A stretch of 64,000 nucleotides of DNA, taken from Eledone cirrhosa (taxonomy: Eukaryota). Each line of letters starts with the position of its first letter. Positions within the stretch are counted from its first letter, which is position 1. Shown here piece by piece: positions 13,017-26,758 of the stretch. A program made the position numbers and the translations under genes. Below the pieces are notes generated by a model. It made no database searches and was not told where the DNA came from. It saw only the letters and a list, made by a program, of their open reading frames with translations. Location of the stretch: positions 4,092,001 through 4,156,000 of the forward strand of contig OZ024750.1 in assembly GCA_964016885.1 (NCBI GenBank), in the 5' to 3' direction.

Positions 13017-16000
13017 AATAGAGGAATCAAACCTAGAAGCATGAAACTTGTGGCTGTGAAGCAAGTTTCTTAATTACACAGCCATACATACCAACAGGGA
13101 AACTTAAACTATCTGATATTCCAGAACATTGTAAATTTTGTTATCTAATCAATCCATCAATATTTATCTGAGCATTGAAGCCAAATAATAACAAACCCAC
13201 AACAAGAAGATCCTCTGATGTTATTGATGAGATTCTATTCAGAAATATAAAGCAATTCATTACAATTTTTTGTTTTTCCTGTTGTGTAGATCAGATTTAT
13301 AACTGCCAACAACACATGTACTGCTCTTTCAAGTATAGAACATAACGTTCTGCTTGCCTTAGTCTCCATGTTTATGAAAGCCAGCCAACATTCGAAATAT
13401 TTTGTTTCAATAAATTAACTCATCTGATAGTCTAAAGTCTAAATCTTAAGACAAACTATTTTATATTAAACACAAGATGGTTAAAAATTATTACTGAGAG
13501 TTTCAGTAAATCAGTTAACTTTATGGCATGGAGTCTGCTCATGTAGCATAGAACAGGGTAAACCAACAGTGTAGAATTGGGTTAGATATAAGCTTCTATT
13601 AAAGTCTAAAGTCTGCCTTAAGCCCAGAGACGCATCAGGCTGGTGCTTATCCAGGTGACCATGTCACGAAGCGACTGAGAGTAAAACACTCCCTCCTGGA
13701 CAGGACACCAGTCCATCACAGGGTTAAATCCTCAGCAATTGCTGGTATTCATTTACAACTGAGTATATTGGAACGTGAAATAAAGTGCTTTGCTTACAAA
13801 CACAGCACTGGCCAGTCAAGGAATTGAACCCACAACATAATGATCATAAGTTCAACACACTTAGCACTAGGCCACACACCTCCACGCCATTTGATAGTAG
13901 CCCACTTGTTGGACTTATGATCATAATGTCGTGGGTTCAATTGCTAGACTGGGTTGTGCGTTGTGTTTTTGAGCAAACCATTTCATTTGATGCTGCTCCA
14001 GTATACTAAGCTGAAAATGAGTACCAGCAATAGCTGGGAGTTTAACCCCACAATGGACTGGTGTCCTGTCCAGGGGGGAGTCTCATACTCTTAGTCACTT
14101 CACACCATGGAAACTGAGAAAAGCACTGGACTGATGAATCTCTGGGTTCAAGACAGACTTTAGACTTAGACACCTGTAGCTCCTGGTGGAACTGTAGGGG
14201 TGCAGTACTGACATACAACATTTCTTAGGCATTTAAAACCTTCTCCAGGCACTAATATTATAGCAAATAGAATATGTCTTTGCTTGCCTCTATGCTAAAT
14301 ACCATTTAAAAATCCTTATTAGTAGAAGAAATAAGAAGAAAATGTAAAAAAAAAAAAAATCATTAAAAAAGCACCACCACCACCACCATCTACAATACCA
14401 ACAACAACACCACAACTACAACACCACCAACAACAAAAGCACATTGTTATTATAGAAGTAATCTCGATGTCTGCTTCAGACAATTTATATTGTCTAACTT
14501 TTGCCAAGCCTGTAACAATATGTCTATGATTAGTTATGCAGTTTTCCTCATAAGAACCTTATCTGACATTTCTCTATTGGTTCCAAGCCAAAATTTTTAA
14601 AATAAGTAATGGAAAGTGGGTTTTCTATACATCCTCACTCCCCCTCAAAACAACTAAAAAAAAAAAGACCCCTCCAAACAAGAAAAGTAATAAAACTACA
14701 AACACATTCAGTTTGGTTCCAAGCAATATGTCTATATGATTTGTTTTGATGTATTAATTCTAAAGTAGTTAACTGATATCATCAATTAAATACCATTATT
14801 GTAAGGTATAGCTGTAAGGTTATCATGTACCAGACTACTACAGACCGATATCAGAAGTTTAACCCTTTAACAATTACATTACTCTATATTTATTATTATA
14901 TTTTCATATCTTACATAATATCGAGTCTATGAGATTTTGATATTATTTATTTTGATAACAATACCTTAACATTAGCATGAATGTCCAGTTACAGCCGGTT
15001 TGACCAGAAAGAGGTGAGAAAATTCTGGCCAGATACGGCTGGATTAAATGCTAAAGGGTTAAACCTTTTACCACCACAGTCATTATAGTGTTTGTTCCTC
15101 CTGAGCAGGAATATAACGAGTTGCTTCATAAGGCAAATGAGAGAGACTATGTGCTCACTTCTTCCCCTACTAGAAATAGCAGCTAAATCTCTCTCTCTCT
15201 CTCTCTCAAAAAATACAAAAAAAAAACATCATCCACCCTACCATCTTAAAATGGAAGCATTATTAGGCACCGCACACAAGGGCGGTGAATTGGCAGTATC
15301 GGTAGAGGGTTGGACATGCTTTCCAGCATAGTTACGTCCCTTTACGATCTGAGTTCAAATCCCGCCGAGGTTAACTTTGCCTTTCATCCATACAGAGGTC
15401 GATAACATAAAGTACCAGTAATGTACTGGGTAATTGCTGGCCTTGTGCCAAAAGTAAAAACAATTATTAGGCACCGCGCACATATTATGAAGAGTAGGCT
15501 CAATATAATAGACAACAAAACTACACTGCACATACCTAAAGAGCAGAGAGCTGTGCTCAGTAACGAAGTGATAACGCAAAAATAATAATAATAATGATGA
15601 TGATAATAATAATTGTTTCTACGTTAGGCACAAGGCTAGCAATTACCCATTGTATTACTGGTACTTTATTTTATCGACCCCGTAAGGATGAAAGGCAAAG
15701 TTAACCTCGGCGGGATTTGAACTCAGATGATGATAATAATAATGATGATGTAATGATGATGGTAATGATGATGGTAATAATGATGATGATAATGATAATG
15801 AATAGATCTGTTTGATCAGGGCAGACTTGGGGCTAAACAAGAACTGCTTGCTCCAGTTTGTCTGCTGCTGATATTGCAAAAAAAAAAAAAAAAAAAAAAA
15901 AGAACGAAGATAAGAAATAAAACACACACACACATACATACATACATACTCACACGCACACACAACAGTTGCCGCTTGAACAAACACCATTAATAATATC

Positions 16001-16215
16001 TTAGAAAATAATAGCTAAAAGAATCTCATTAATGGTATTTAGGATCTAATGGGTGTTGGCAATATCAATAATGAAACTTAAGTACAAATAGATATCGGTA
16101 GTGATACTAGATTACAGCAATGGTAGATATCAGCAATGTCAGATAATGATGGTGGCTGCTGGGAGTGATAGTTAGTAATTTATATATATATATAGTTATA
16201 TATATATATAGATAG

Positions 16216-16247
<32 letters not shown>

Positions 16248-16296
16248 AATCAAGAAAGAAGAGTGACATGGTTTGCTATACAATAAGGGCTTTATT

Positions 16297-16354
<58 letters not shown>

Positions 16355-16363
16355 AAGATAGTA

Positions 16364-16407
<44 letters not shown>

Positions 16408-16411
<4 letters not shown>

Positions 16412-16972
16412 ATGATGATGTAGGTAGACCCAGAAAAACCTGGGACGATCTGATAAATTCCGACCTTACACACTTGCACCTCTCTAAGACAATGTCACTG
16501 GACCGAGATCTTTGGCGCTACACAGTAATACAGAAGACCCGCCTTGCCTATGTACAAAGCGAAACCTACAGTCAGTAGGCACCTCTTAACCAAATATACA
16601 CCCCAATCCACTACCCCTACCCTATCCTCCCACTCCCACCAACACCACCCCCTCTCTATAAAGTTGGTACCACAACATCCAGTCCAAATAAATGAGATAA
16701 ATGAGATCGAGATCGTGTAGGTGTCACGAGAAAAAACACACACAGTCCACGCTGTAATGTGGCCGTGTAGGTAACACGGTAAAAAGTTCCCAGTTCCACA
16801 CTGTAAATGTGGTTGGTGTTAGGAAGGGCATCCGGCCGTAGAAAACTTGCCAGATAGTCCTATATGAGCGAGACATGGTCACCCGACCAACCTTGCCTCA
16901 AGTGGGACAACTCCCATCTAATCCATGCTAGCGTGGAAAGTGGACGTTAAACGAGGATGATGATGATGATGA
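16408..16972 (+). mobile_element. Composite element: RTE RT C-terminal remnant followed by a SINE-like segment with RTE-type tail
   Basis: GRPRKTWDDLINSDL..DRDLWR peptide, then 2-3 diverged ~48-bp units, gtggttggtgttaggaagggcatcc, ggacgttaaacgaggatgatg; sister copy at 28996-29332; tails also at 2330-2500, 30875-31070, 35570-35732, 62610-62716. Confidence 0.75.
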
Positions 16973-18930
16973 TATATATATATATATGATTGCCAATCAG
17001 CATGAAACAGACTTATTTTCTCTCCCTTCTTTCGCCGAAAAGAAGTGACATAGTCACTACTTTAAAACCGATAGTGTATGGTCTTCTAAATGTTTTTAAT
17101 TAAGCATACGGTATATTGCCAAATACATACACTGAAATATGTTGTTTTAAACAAATGTTTCTTTGAGGTAATTTGTGAACAAGAAAATCGACAAAGCTCT
17201 GGATTTCGTGATATTTATGAAGTGCCTAAATTGAAAAATGCTCCACCGATTCTGCCAATCCATTACCATTGTTTATCTTTATATTGGTTTCTGATTTAAG
17301 CACAAGGCCAACAATTTTTGGGAGAGGAGAAAGTCGATTAAATCAATCCCAGTGTGTTACTGGTACTTTATTTTATCGATCCCATAAGGATAAAAGGCAA
17401 AGCTAACTTCGGCAGAATTTAAACTCAGAGCATCGGTTAACATGCATCGCATGTTAACTAATGCTCTACCAATTGCTTCCAATCCACCGAAACTAAATAC
17501 TAAAGTCCACACAATAAATGGAGTCTTTTCTTTTCTCTTTTGAAATATTTTCCAATCATTTATAACATCAGTTTTCTGTGTATTTATAAGAATACCTTAC
17601 AATACCATAAACTTCAAAAATATATTTGTTTGTACATATAATACCTTTCCCACGCCAAGTGTGGGTTCTTTTTCTTTTTTAGTCAAAATTTTTAAATTGC
17701 TGAAGCAAAATATATTGAATTGCTGCATGACCTTCTTAACTACTCAACTATGAAGAGGTGAGGCAGACTATAGTAAGCAAAAAAAGTTAGGTGTCTTACC
17801 TGAAGGTACAATACAATACATGTGTGTTGTTATTGTTATTATTATTATCCTTATCATTAGAGTTTTTTTAAGGGCAGTGGATTGGCAGTATCAGTAGAGG
17901 GTCGGGCGCCATGCTTTGCAGCATAGAGTTACGGTCCTTTACGGTCTGAGTTCAAATACCGCCAAAGATAACTTTGCCTTTCATCCTTACAAGGTCAATA
18001 AAATAAAGTACCAGTCACGCACTGGGGTCGATTTAATTGACTTTCCCCTCCCCCCAATTACTGGCCTTATGCCTATACTAGAAATCATTATTATTATCAT
18101 TAGAGTTTTCTTCAAGGGTGGTGGATCGGCAGTATTGGTAGAGTGTCGGACACCATGCTCTGCAGCATAGAGTTACGACTAAGTTCTCTGTTACAGCCAA
18201 CCCATACAAGTGTGGGAAAACAAATGTAAAAATGATGATCAACAGATATAGTATGAAAACCTAAATATCTTATATTTATTACATGGTACCAGAAGAGTTT
18301 ACTGAATGGGAATATTAATTCTATAGATGCATATTATATATCCTTGTGGTGATTTTTTGCACCTAGTTTGCTTGTTAGTAAGATGGCTGACAGGAAGTTG
18401 ATCCTAGTTTGCTTGTTAGTAAGATGGCTGACAGGAAGTTGCTCTTATATTGCTGGTTTAAATGCTCAAGGGTTAAAACTCAAAACACCCTATTCTCATT
18501 TTGAAGATGGTAGAGATGATATTTGGTGATAGAAATTTGGCTATTATATTCAGATGTGTGGGAAACTGTACAAAAGTTTTTATCTTAGCTTGCACATTGC
18601 ATGGGATTACCTCCCCTTTTCTTTGAGAATCACTAAGAATTACTGCTAGGTCAGTATTTATTTTTATTAATTTTGCATATGTCATTAAAAACAAAACATA
18701 AAAAAGTCATTAACATATCAAAATTCCTGCTATTGACCTACTAAAATTATTTTTCTGGCCTCAATTTACATTTTTTTAATTATGCAAATTACTACCAGTG
18801 CAAACACTTTATCATGATGTAAAGATCTTTGTTGATTGATTAAAACAGTCTATGCTATACTGACAAGGCCAAAATATCCTTGTAGCTCTTCTCTTGCATA
18901 AACAAAGAACAAATTTTGGTTTAACACTTG

Positions 18931-19268
18931 ACTCTACATTTACTATTGTATTTTCACTGTAAAAGCTTTATCTCACATAATATCACACATAACATTTACA
19001 TTACTCTACATTTACTATTGTATTTTCACTGTAAAAGCTTTATCTCACATAATATCACACATAACATTTACATTACTCTACATTTACTATTGTATTTTCA
19101 CTGTAAAAGCTTTATCTCACATAATATCACACATAACATTTACATTACTCTACATTTACTATTGTATTTTCACTGTAAAAGCTTTATCTCACATAATATC
19201 ACACATAACATTTACATTACTCTATATTTACTATTGTATTTTCCCTGTAAAGGCTTTATCTCACATAA
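18931..19268. repeat. 72-bp tandem repeat (about 4.7 copies) inside a TTAA MITE
   Basis: Unit actctacatttactattgtattttcactgtaaaagctttatctcacataatatcacacataacatttacatt. Confidence 0.92.
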
Positions 19269-19697
19269 AATTGAATCTACGAGATTTTGGTGTTATTTAT
19301 TTTGAGACAATACCTTGACATAAGTATGAGCAGCCAGTTATGGCTGGTTTGAACAGAAAGAGGTGAGATAATTCTGGCCGAATATGGCCAGTTTGATTGC
19401 TAAAGGTTTAAATATGTAAATAAATTACATCAAATTAATTCTTAATTACCAGAAATTATTCCCCCTTTTCCAGAGCCACTAATAATTAGATTTTTGTTGT
19501 TGTTGTTATCTTCATACAATTAAGAGAGAATTTTTCAGTTAAATGTTTCTACTTTTGGCACAAGGCCATCAATTATCACAGTGTATTACTGGTACTTTAT
19601 TTTATTGACCCTGTAAGGATGAAAGGCAAGAGAATATTTTGCATATATCATTTAGTACATCAACACTTTAACTTTCTTCATATAAAGATAGTTATGG

Positions 19698-20493
19698 TAT
19701 AACCATGGAGTTATGTTGTGAGTTGATACTGTGTTACATATAACCATGGAGTTATGTTGTGAGTTGATACTGTGTTACATATAACCATGGAGTTATGGTG
19801 TGAGTTGATACTGTGTTACATATAACCATGGAGTTATGGTGTGAGTTGATACTGTGTTAGATATAACCATGGAGTTATGTTGTGAGTTGATACTGTGTTA
19901 CATATAACCATGGAGTTATGTTGTGAGTTGATACTGTGTTACATATAACCATGGAGTTATGGTGTGAGTTGATACTGTGTTAGATATAACCATGGAGTTA
20001 TGGTGTGAGTTGATACTGTGTTACATATAACCATGGAGTTATGGTGTGAGTTGATACTGTGTTAGATATAACCATGGAGTTATGTTGTGAGTTGATACCG
20101 TGTTACATATAACCATGGAGTTATGGTGGGAGTTGATACTGTGTTACATATAACCATGGAGTTATGTTGTGAGTTGATACTGTGTTAGATATAACCATGG
20201 AGTTATGGTGTGAGTTGATACTGTGTTAGATATAACCATGGAGTTATGTTGTGAGTTGATACCGTGTTACATATAACCATGGAGTTATGGTGGGAGTTGA
20301 TACTGTGTTACATATAACCATGGAGTTATGGTGGGAGTTGATACTGTGTTAGATATAACCATGGAGTTATGGTGTGAGTTGATACTGTGTTACATATAAC
20401 CATGGAGTTATGGTGGGAGTTGATACTGTGTTACATATAACCATGGAGTTATGGTGTGAGTTGATACTGTGTTAGATATAACCATGGAGTTAT
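19698..20493. repeat. 41-bp minisatellite, about 19 copies
   Basis: Unit atataaccatggagttatg(t/g)tg(t/g)gagttgatactgtgtta(c/g). Confidence 0.95.
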
Positions 20494-20594
20494 TTTATAG
20501 TTGTAGGAATGAGGTAATAACTTTAACCCTGCAGATCATGAGACAGAGATAATTTATGTTATTTTGAGGAGACAGTTGTATTAAAGGTAGGAGA

Positions 20595-20890
20595 AGTAGT
20601 AGCAGCAACGTAGTAGTAGTAACAGTAATAATAGCAGCAGTAGCAGTAGTAGTAGTATAGTAGTAGTAACAGTGGTAGTAGTAATAGTAACAGCAGCAGC
20701 AATAGTAGTAGTAGCAGCAGCAGCAGTTGTAGTAGCAGCAGCAGCAGCAACAGTAGTAGTAGCAGCAGCAGTAGTAGTAGTAGCAGCAGCAGTAGTAGTA
20801 GCAGCAGCAGCAGCAGTTGTAGTAGCAGTAGTAGCAGCAGCAGTAGTAGTCGTAGTAGTTGTAGTTGTAACAACAGTAGCAGCGGCAGTA
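20595..20890. repeat. (AGT/AGC)n compound microsatellite
   Basis: Directly visible. Confidence 0.9.
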
Positions 20891-20897
20891 TTTTTAT

Positions 20898-21090
20898 GGT
20901 GGTGGATTGGCAGTATCGGTAGAGAGTCGGACGCCATGCTTTCCGGCATAGTTACGTCCCTTTACAGACTGAGATCAAATCCCGCCGAGGTTAACTTTGC
21001 CTTTCATCCTTACGGGGTCGATAAAATAAAGTACCAGTAATGCACTGGGTATTTGCTGGCTTTGTGCCAAAAGTAGAAACAATTATTATA
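20898..21090 (+). mobile_element. SINE family 1 copy
   Basis: Near-consensus copy between (AGT/AGC)n tracts. Confidence 0.85.
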
Positions 21091-21143
21091 ATCATTAGTA
21101 GCAGTAGCAGAAGCAGCAACAGTAGTAGTAGTAATAGTAGTAA

Positions 21144-21184
<41 letters not shown>

Positions 21185-21399
21185 ACACCATGTTTTCTAG
21201 AAAGTATTGAATACTAGGTTAGTGTGATTAGGTCACTCTGACATAACATATATTCCTACATATTAACTGACTTTTATAAATTAACATATAAATAAAGAAT
21301 GGTTTTTTCTGAAGAGGAATGGAATGGAACCATATTTAAATAATGTACTCAATACATTAGTAGATAAGGTACATATTTATTTCATATTGAAATAACTTC

Positions 21400-21600
21400 T
21401 ATCTAAGGCGAGTAAAATTCCCGAGATCTATGGACGAGTTCTCTCCAACAGTCTCTGTCCCTCATTATCGCTGCCATGTCCTGTGTCTTCAAGAGACCAG
21501 TGTCTGTCCTTAGGGCATCAACATATGTTAACCTTGGTCTTCCTCTTCCAGTGTGTCCATGTAGGGTCTCCCACAGGAGCACCGAGTGCAATGTCAACTC
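21400..21600 (-). mobile_element. LINE (RTE-like) RT C-terminal fragment
   Basis: LLWETLHGHTGRGRPRLTYVDALRTDTGL..MRDRDCWR peptide. Confidence 0.8.
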
Positions 21601-21759
21601 TGGATGTCAGTGAAATCTCAGCTAATCTCAGTCTAAAACTGTTTCATTTGTTTGAAATCATCAGGGATTTCAAAGACTGAAACAGTTCTAGTTCTGTAGA
21701 AGTAATTTCTTTATGAAGTATATTTATTTCATTAACATATATGTATATGCAGGATATCC

Positions 21760-22075
21760 GTAAATACAAGGCAAAGGAAAAAATGCTCAATCTTGTAGAA
21801 GAGAGCTTATTTAGTTTATATTAAGGAAAACAAAACTTCAGTATGTTGGTCATGTCATCAGGGCCCAAAATTTGGCTATGTATATTCTTGAGGGACGAAT
21901 ACAGGGGAAAATGGCCAGGGGACAGCAGAAAAGGAGATGGACAGATGATATTAAGGAAGGAATGGACAGGAAGGAGTTTGGCAGAATGTACGGCAATGGT
22001 AAGAGACAAGAAAAGATGGAGAGTGCTGGTCCGTAAGTACTTGACCCCTGACCCTCAGATATGAAGATGGGGTGA
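21760..22075 (+). mobile_element. RTE-like LINE 3' fragment
   Basis: KLQYVGHVIR and RGQQKRRWTDDIKE remnants with frameshifts. Confidence 0.7.
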
Positions 22076-24442
22076 GAAGGAAGGAAAGATAAAAAATTTA
22101 ACATATATATGGAATCATAGATTTCAGGGTCCAGTTATGGCTATCGCTGTATAGTGGAACAGCAGTTCTAAAACTGGCCTTTTAGAACCCCTACTCCACT
22201 ATATAGGGGTAGCCATAACTGGACTCTGAAACTTAAGGTCACACATACATGTCAAGTGTATAAACTATATTAATATATATAAATGGTTGAACTGAAAACA
22301 AATATTATCAAGTAGTTGAATGATTGATTAATTTTACTTTAACTCTTTAGCATTTAAACCAGACGTATCCGGCCAGAATTCTCTCATCACTTTCTGTTCA
22401 AACTGGTTGTAACCGGCTGCCCATACTGATGTTAAGGTATTATTCTCAAAATAAATAATATCAAAATCTTGTAGATTCGATATTATGTGAGATAAAGTGT
22501 TTACCATGAAAATATAATAGTATATATAGTGTAATGTAAATACTAAAGGGTTAATATCAGTCACACACAAGGCAAGTGTGTATATATAAATCTAATTTAC
22601 AATAACATCACCTACACACCACCATAGGATATAAAGTTACATATATGTCACATTCATGTTACATTGATGTCGTATTCATGTTACATTGATGTGACACACC
22701 AGTACATTACAGAGCAACGCCACACCAATATTACGCCCCACACAAATTCAGTACATATCTCTATTACAATAAGATCCCCTACACACCACTATAAAGCTGT
22801 ATAGATGTCTTATTGATGTGACACACCAATACATTACAAAGCAATGCCACACCAATGTTACCCCCCACACAAATTCAGTACATATTTCTGTTACAATAAG
22901 ATCTCTTACACACCAGCCTAGGAGATAACAAGGTTGCACTAATGTCATACATACACCAGTACATTACACAGCAATACTATAGTGATATCACCTGTACACC
23001 AGTCATATAGAAAATTGGGTTATACACGCATGATAAAACTCTTTGTGGTATTTGGTCTGGATTTCAGCTCTGAGTTTATATCCAGTTAAAGCCAACATTG
23101 CCTTTCATCCTCTTGAGGTAGATAAAATAATGTTTCTGCCAGGAGTTGCGACCCAGTAGATAGTATAATTTCTTCTCGCCCTTGCTTGATGAGGCCGGGG
23201 TCATCCTAAGCCAGTGATCCCAAAGTATTGTGTGTAGAGCCAAGATAGTATAAGCAATGCAGACATTGTTTTCTTAGTCTGATTTGACAAGTTCCACCCC
23301 CCTTTTTAAGTGAATGAGGTCTGGGATCTTGTCAGTTAAACTCTATGCTTTAAAATACTAAACCACAGATAAGTGGAATTGTTAGAATGCCAGGTGAGAT
23401 GCCTTGTAGTATTTGTTCTGAGTTCAAATTTTGCTGTAGCCTTACTTGAGTGGTAGACTAATCCATCACATGCTTAAATAACCCCTTCCCATCTGATTCT
23501 CGAATGCCTTTAGTGAAGTCCACTCTGTTGTAGCCATTTAAACCAAGTTTCTGTTTGGTGATACATTCCTCACTCTCTATTTAGTGTTAGTATTGTTTGC
23601 TAAAGTCATCCTTACTTAGCCAAGGCTCCTGTTAACAGGCAGGTGGACCAAATTATTGACGGTTAAAATACCTTTAGCAAGGACATGATGTGGTACCTGT
23701 CATGAGATGTGAACCCTTTTGATAACAACTCACCCGAAACCACTCTTAGCTCTATGCTATAAAATTGTTTGTTTTAAAGTGTTTATATTTATTTAAAAAC
23801 CTTCCATCATCATTTTATGCAAGAACCTTTGATATGTTTCAAACACCAACATAATAACGAGAAAGTTATTTTATGAAGTCCCCCTGAATTCTTCATTAAT
23901 TTATTTTTATTTTTGGTAAGTGATTTAAAAACAAAGGCAATGTCTATCGTTAGAAATTTGGTAATGAAAGAGTTGATGAAAAAAATTAAAAATAAAATTT
24001 TTGATTTAATCATCATGTTGAAGTATGATTTCAAACAATAGGAAAAACCTAAATAACACCTGCTTCTGAGATATATGGACTCATAAAAATCTCATGGGAA
24101 CATGAGGTTAGTAAATAGTACATTTAATTAGTTCACATAAAAAGTAAGTGACAAAATCATATCACATTTCAAAACTATTTTTTTCTAAAGCTGTATTAAC
24201 AAAATGTTTTGCTTTCTTTCTTTTTTTTTTAATTTTTAAAATCCCTTTCAAACCAACAATTATTGGTGATCATAAATATGTATTTATAACAAAACCAAAA
24301 TCTGAGAAAACTACAAGGGTCGGCTGAAAAGTTCATAGGCTGACTATAAAGGATTGATGCTAGGGCTGTGGAATCTTGCATGCATTAATTTCAATTTTAG
24401 AACAAAGTAAATCCATGGTTTTTCAAATGTTATTCTATAAAC

Positions 24443-24858
24443 GAGTGGTTTCCAACCCTTTTTATACCACAGACTGGCTTCAAGTCAGACAATCTTTCCA
24501 CGGACTAGTAGTTGCACATATGTGTTATTGAAGTGTATTTTGATAAAGGGAGCAATAATAAAAAGAGCAATTTATGTTTCATCCTTGAGGACCCACCCTA
24601 ATTTTGACAACCAAAAATTTGCAAAAAATATAATAAACCACCTTCGGCCTCCAGGACTCATGGTAGATTTTTGAGACTTATTTTACGACGCCAGGAAATA
24701 TGGTATATTGAGTATATGAATATTGAATATTTAAACAAATCTTTTTAAATTAAAGTTCAATATTCAATTTATCTATTATATAATTTTAAACCTGTTAATT
24801 ATTTCTTTGTGGCCCAGTAGCAAATGATCCATAGACTGGTACTGGTTGGGGACTTCTG
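24443..24858. mobile_element. hAT (Charlie-like) non-autonomous DNA transposon
   Basis: Imperfect TIRs gagtggtttccaacc / ggttggggacttctg; exact 8-bp TSD ctataaac at 24435-24442 and 24859-24866. Confidence 0.75.
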
Positions 24859-25866
24859 CTATAAACTATACAATTCTTTAGTTTGAAGAGATTCTTCAGA
24901 ATGTTAGATATAATGAAAGAACCACATGTTTACATAAGAAATCATGAAGATTATCTAATAATCAATAATATATTGTTTGGTTTCTTTATATAGAAATGAC
25001 AGAAAGTATTTATACATTGTGTTATGTTTAAAACCAAACTGACAATATATTTTGTACAAGAAAAAGACAGGAAGCTATAAAGAAAAGTTATGGAAGAGCT
25101 TTAAAGTATAGAATGATTAATTTATTATGAACAATGGAAAAATTCATAAATAATGCATGCTAAAACATAAAACCTTTTTTAAAAAAATACTTTTGAAAAT
25201 CCTCTTTCAGAAAATATCAAATGTATGAAATAAAGAATTTTAAATGCAAATAATATTAATTTTTTTCTCCCTAAAACTCCTCAAGACTGCATTGCATTAG
25301 TTACAATGAAAATTTAAAATCCCTTTTCTTAACAGTTTTTTTTTTTTTTTACATTGAAAAGATTCTTCAAAGTTTTGTGAATACAAAAATAGAAAATAGA
25401 AGATTCTTGTTGCATGAAGGATTTTGATTTATTTTTATATTTTACTTAAAAACTAATTTTAAAAAATGTAAAAGACATTTCTGTTATTAATAAACTAGCA
25501 TAACTAACTGTAGGAACGCCACTCTGTAAATTCCTGTAAGATTGTTGGAAGTGTAAAGAAAATCATGGAATACTCTTGGGTCCCAAATAATAAGAGGGGT
25601 TGGAATAAGCAGCAGGGTTGGAAAATCGGTAATTTTTCTATGCTGTCTCTGTTGATATTTTTAAAAAATGAGAATTAGTCATTTAGTTTACATATTGAGA
25701 CCCTAACCCATCCTATTTATTTTATAACATATGGGATTTCTAGTAATATATGATTATTCGAGACCCAAAAGAACATAATTTCTTTTGAAATTATATTTTT
25801 TCTTTTTCTTTTGTCAGAAGAGTTTCATTCTTGATAAGATTCTTGAGTCTACATATACATACATAC

Positions 25867-25911
<45 letters not shown>

Positions 25912-26194
25912 AATTCATATATATATATATACACATATACATATATATATATATACACATATGTGTATAAATATATATATATATATGAATTTGTTTTGCA
26001 AAGTTTTTGATATGAAATCGTGTGTCGAAACAAATATTGTTATACTTGGGGAGGGTCATATTGTTATAATAAACTATGGAGATATAAAAGATACAGAAGC
26101 GAAAAACCAACCAAACAGTGAGTGTGTTATTATTTCTGGCAATATTATTACAACTATATGACCCTCCCCAAATATAACTATATATATATATATA

Positions 26195-26383
26195 ACAAAG
26201 AAAGTGTAGTAAGAAACCAGATGGACCATAACGCACCAGAGTACTCGATACTTAGGGTAGTAGAGTGGGTAATAGGAAAAGAGTCAGGACCCCGGCGGCT
26301 GAGCTCCGGCTGTTTCAATAGCGTTTGGATCTAGCTGTCGAAACGGCCAGAGCTCAGCCGTCGGGGTCCTGACTCTTTTCCTA
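26195..26383 (+). repeat. (TA)n-embedded cassette B: ~78-nt leader plus ~50-bp-stem hairpin (26273-26383)
   Basis: Arms taggaaaagagtcaggaccccg..gctgagctc and gagctcagc..cggggtcctgactcttttccta; related copies at 42683-42805, 42981-43175, 53481-53673, 61521-61577. Confidence 0.8.
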
Positions 26384-26758
26384 TATATATTTATACATAT
26401 ATATATGTATGTGTCTATATGTGTGTGTGTATATATTTATATGTATGTGTCTATATGTGTGTGTATATATATATATGTATGTGTATATATATGTGTGTGT
26501 GTGTATAGGGAAAATAATAGATAAAAGAAATGTATAAGAAAGCATAAGCCTTTTGAAAATTCTGAAAAAAATGACTCAGATAAGTCTGGTCAATAAATTT
26601 GACTTTAGCTATATACACAAATACAAAGAAATTTAAACAATATAGAATGGGGAAATATTTCAATGCAAAGGTCACAATAACATGATGAAGTAGTACATTA
26701 TACATACACACACACATATATATACATATATGCATAAAAGAAAAACTATTGAACTTAC

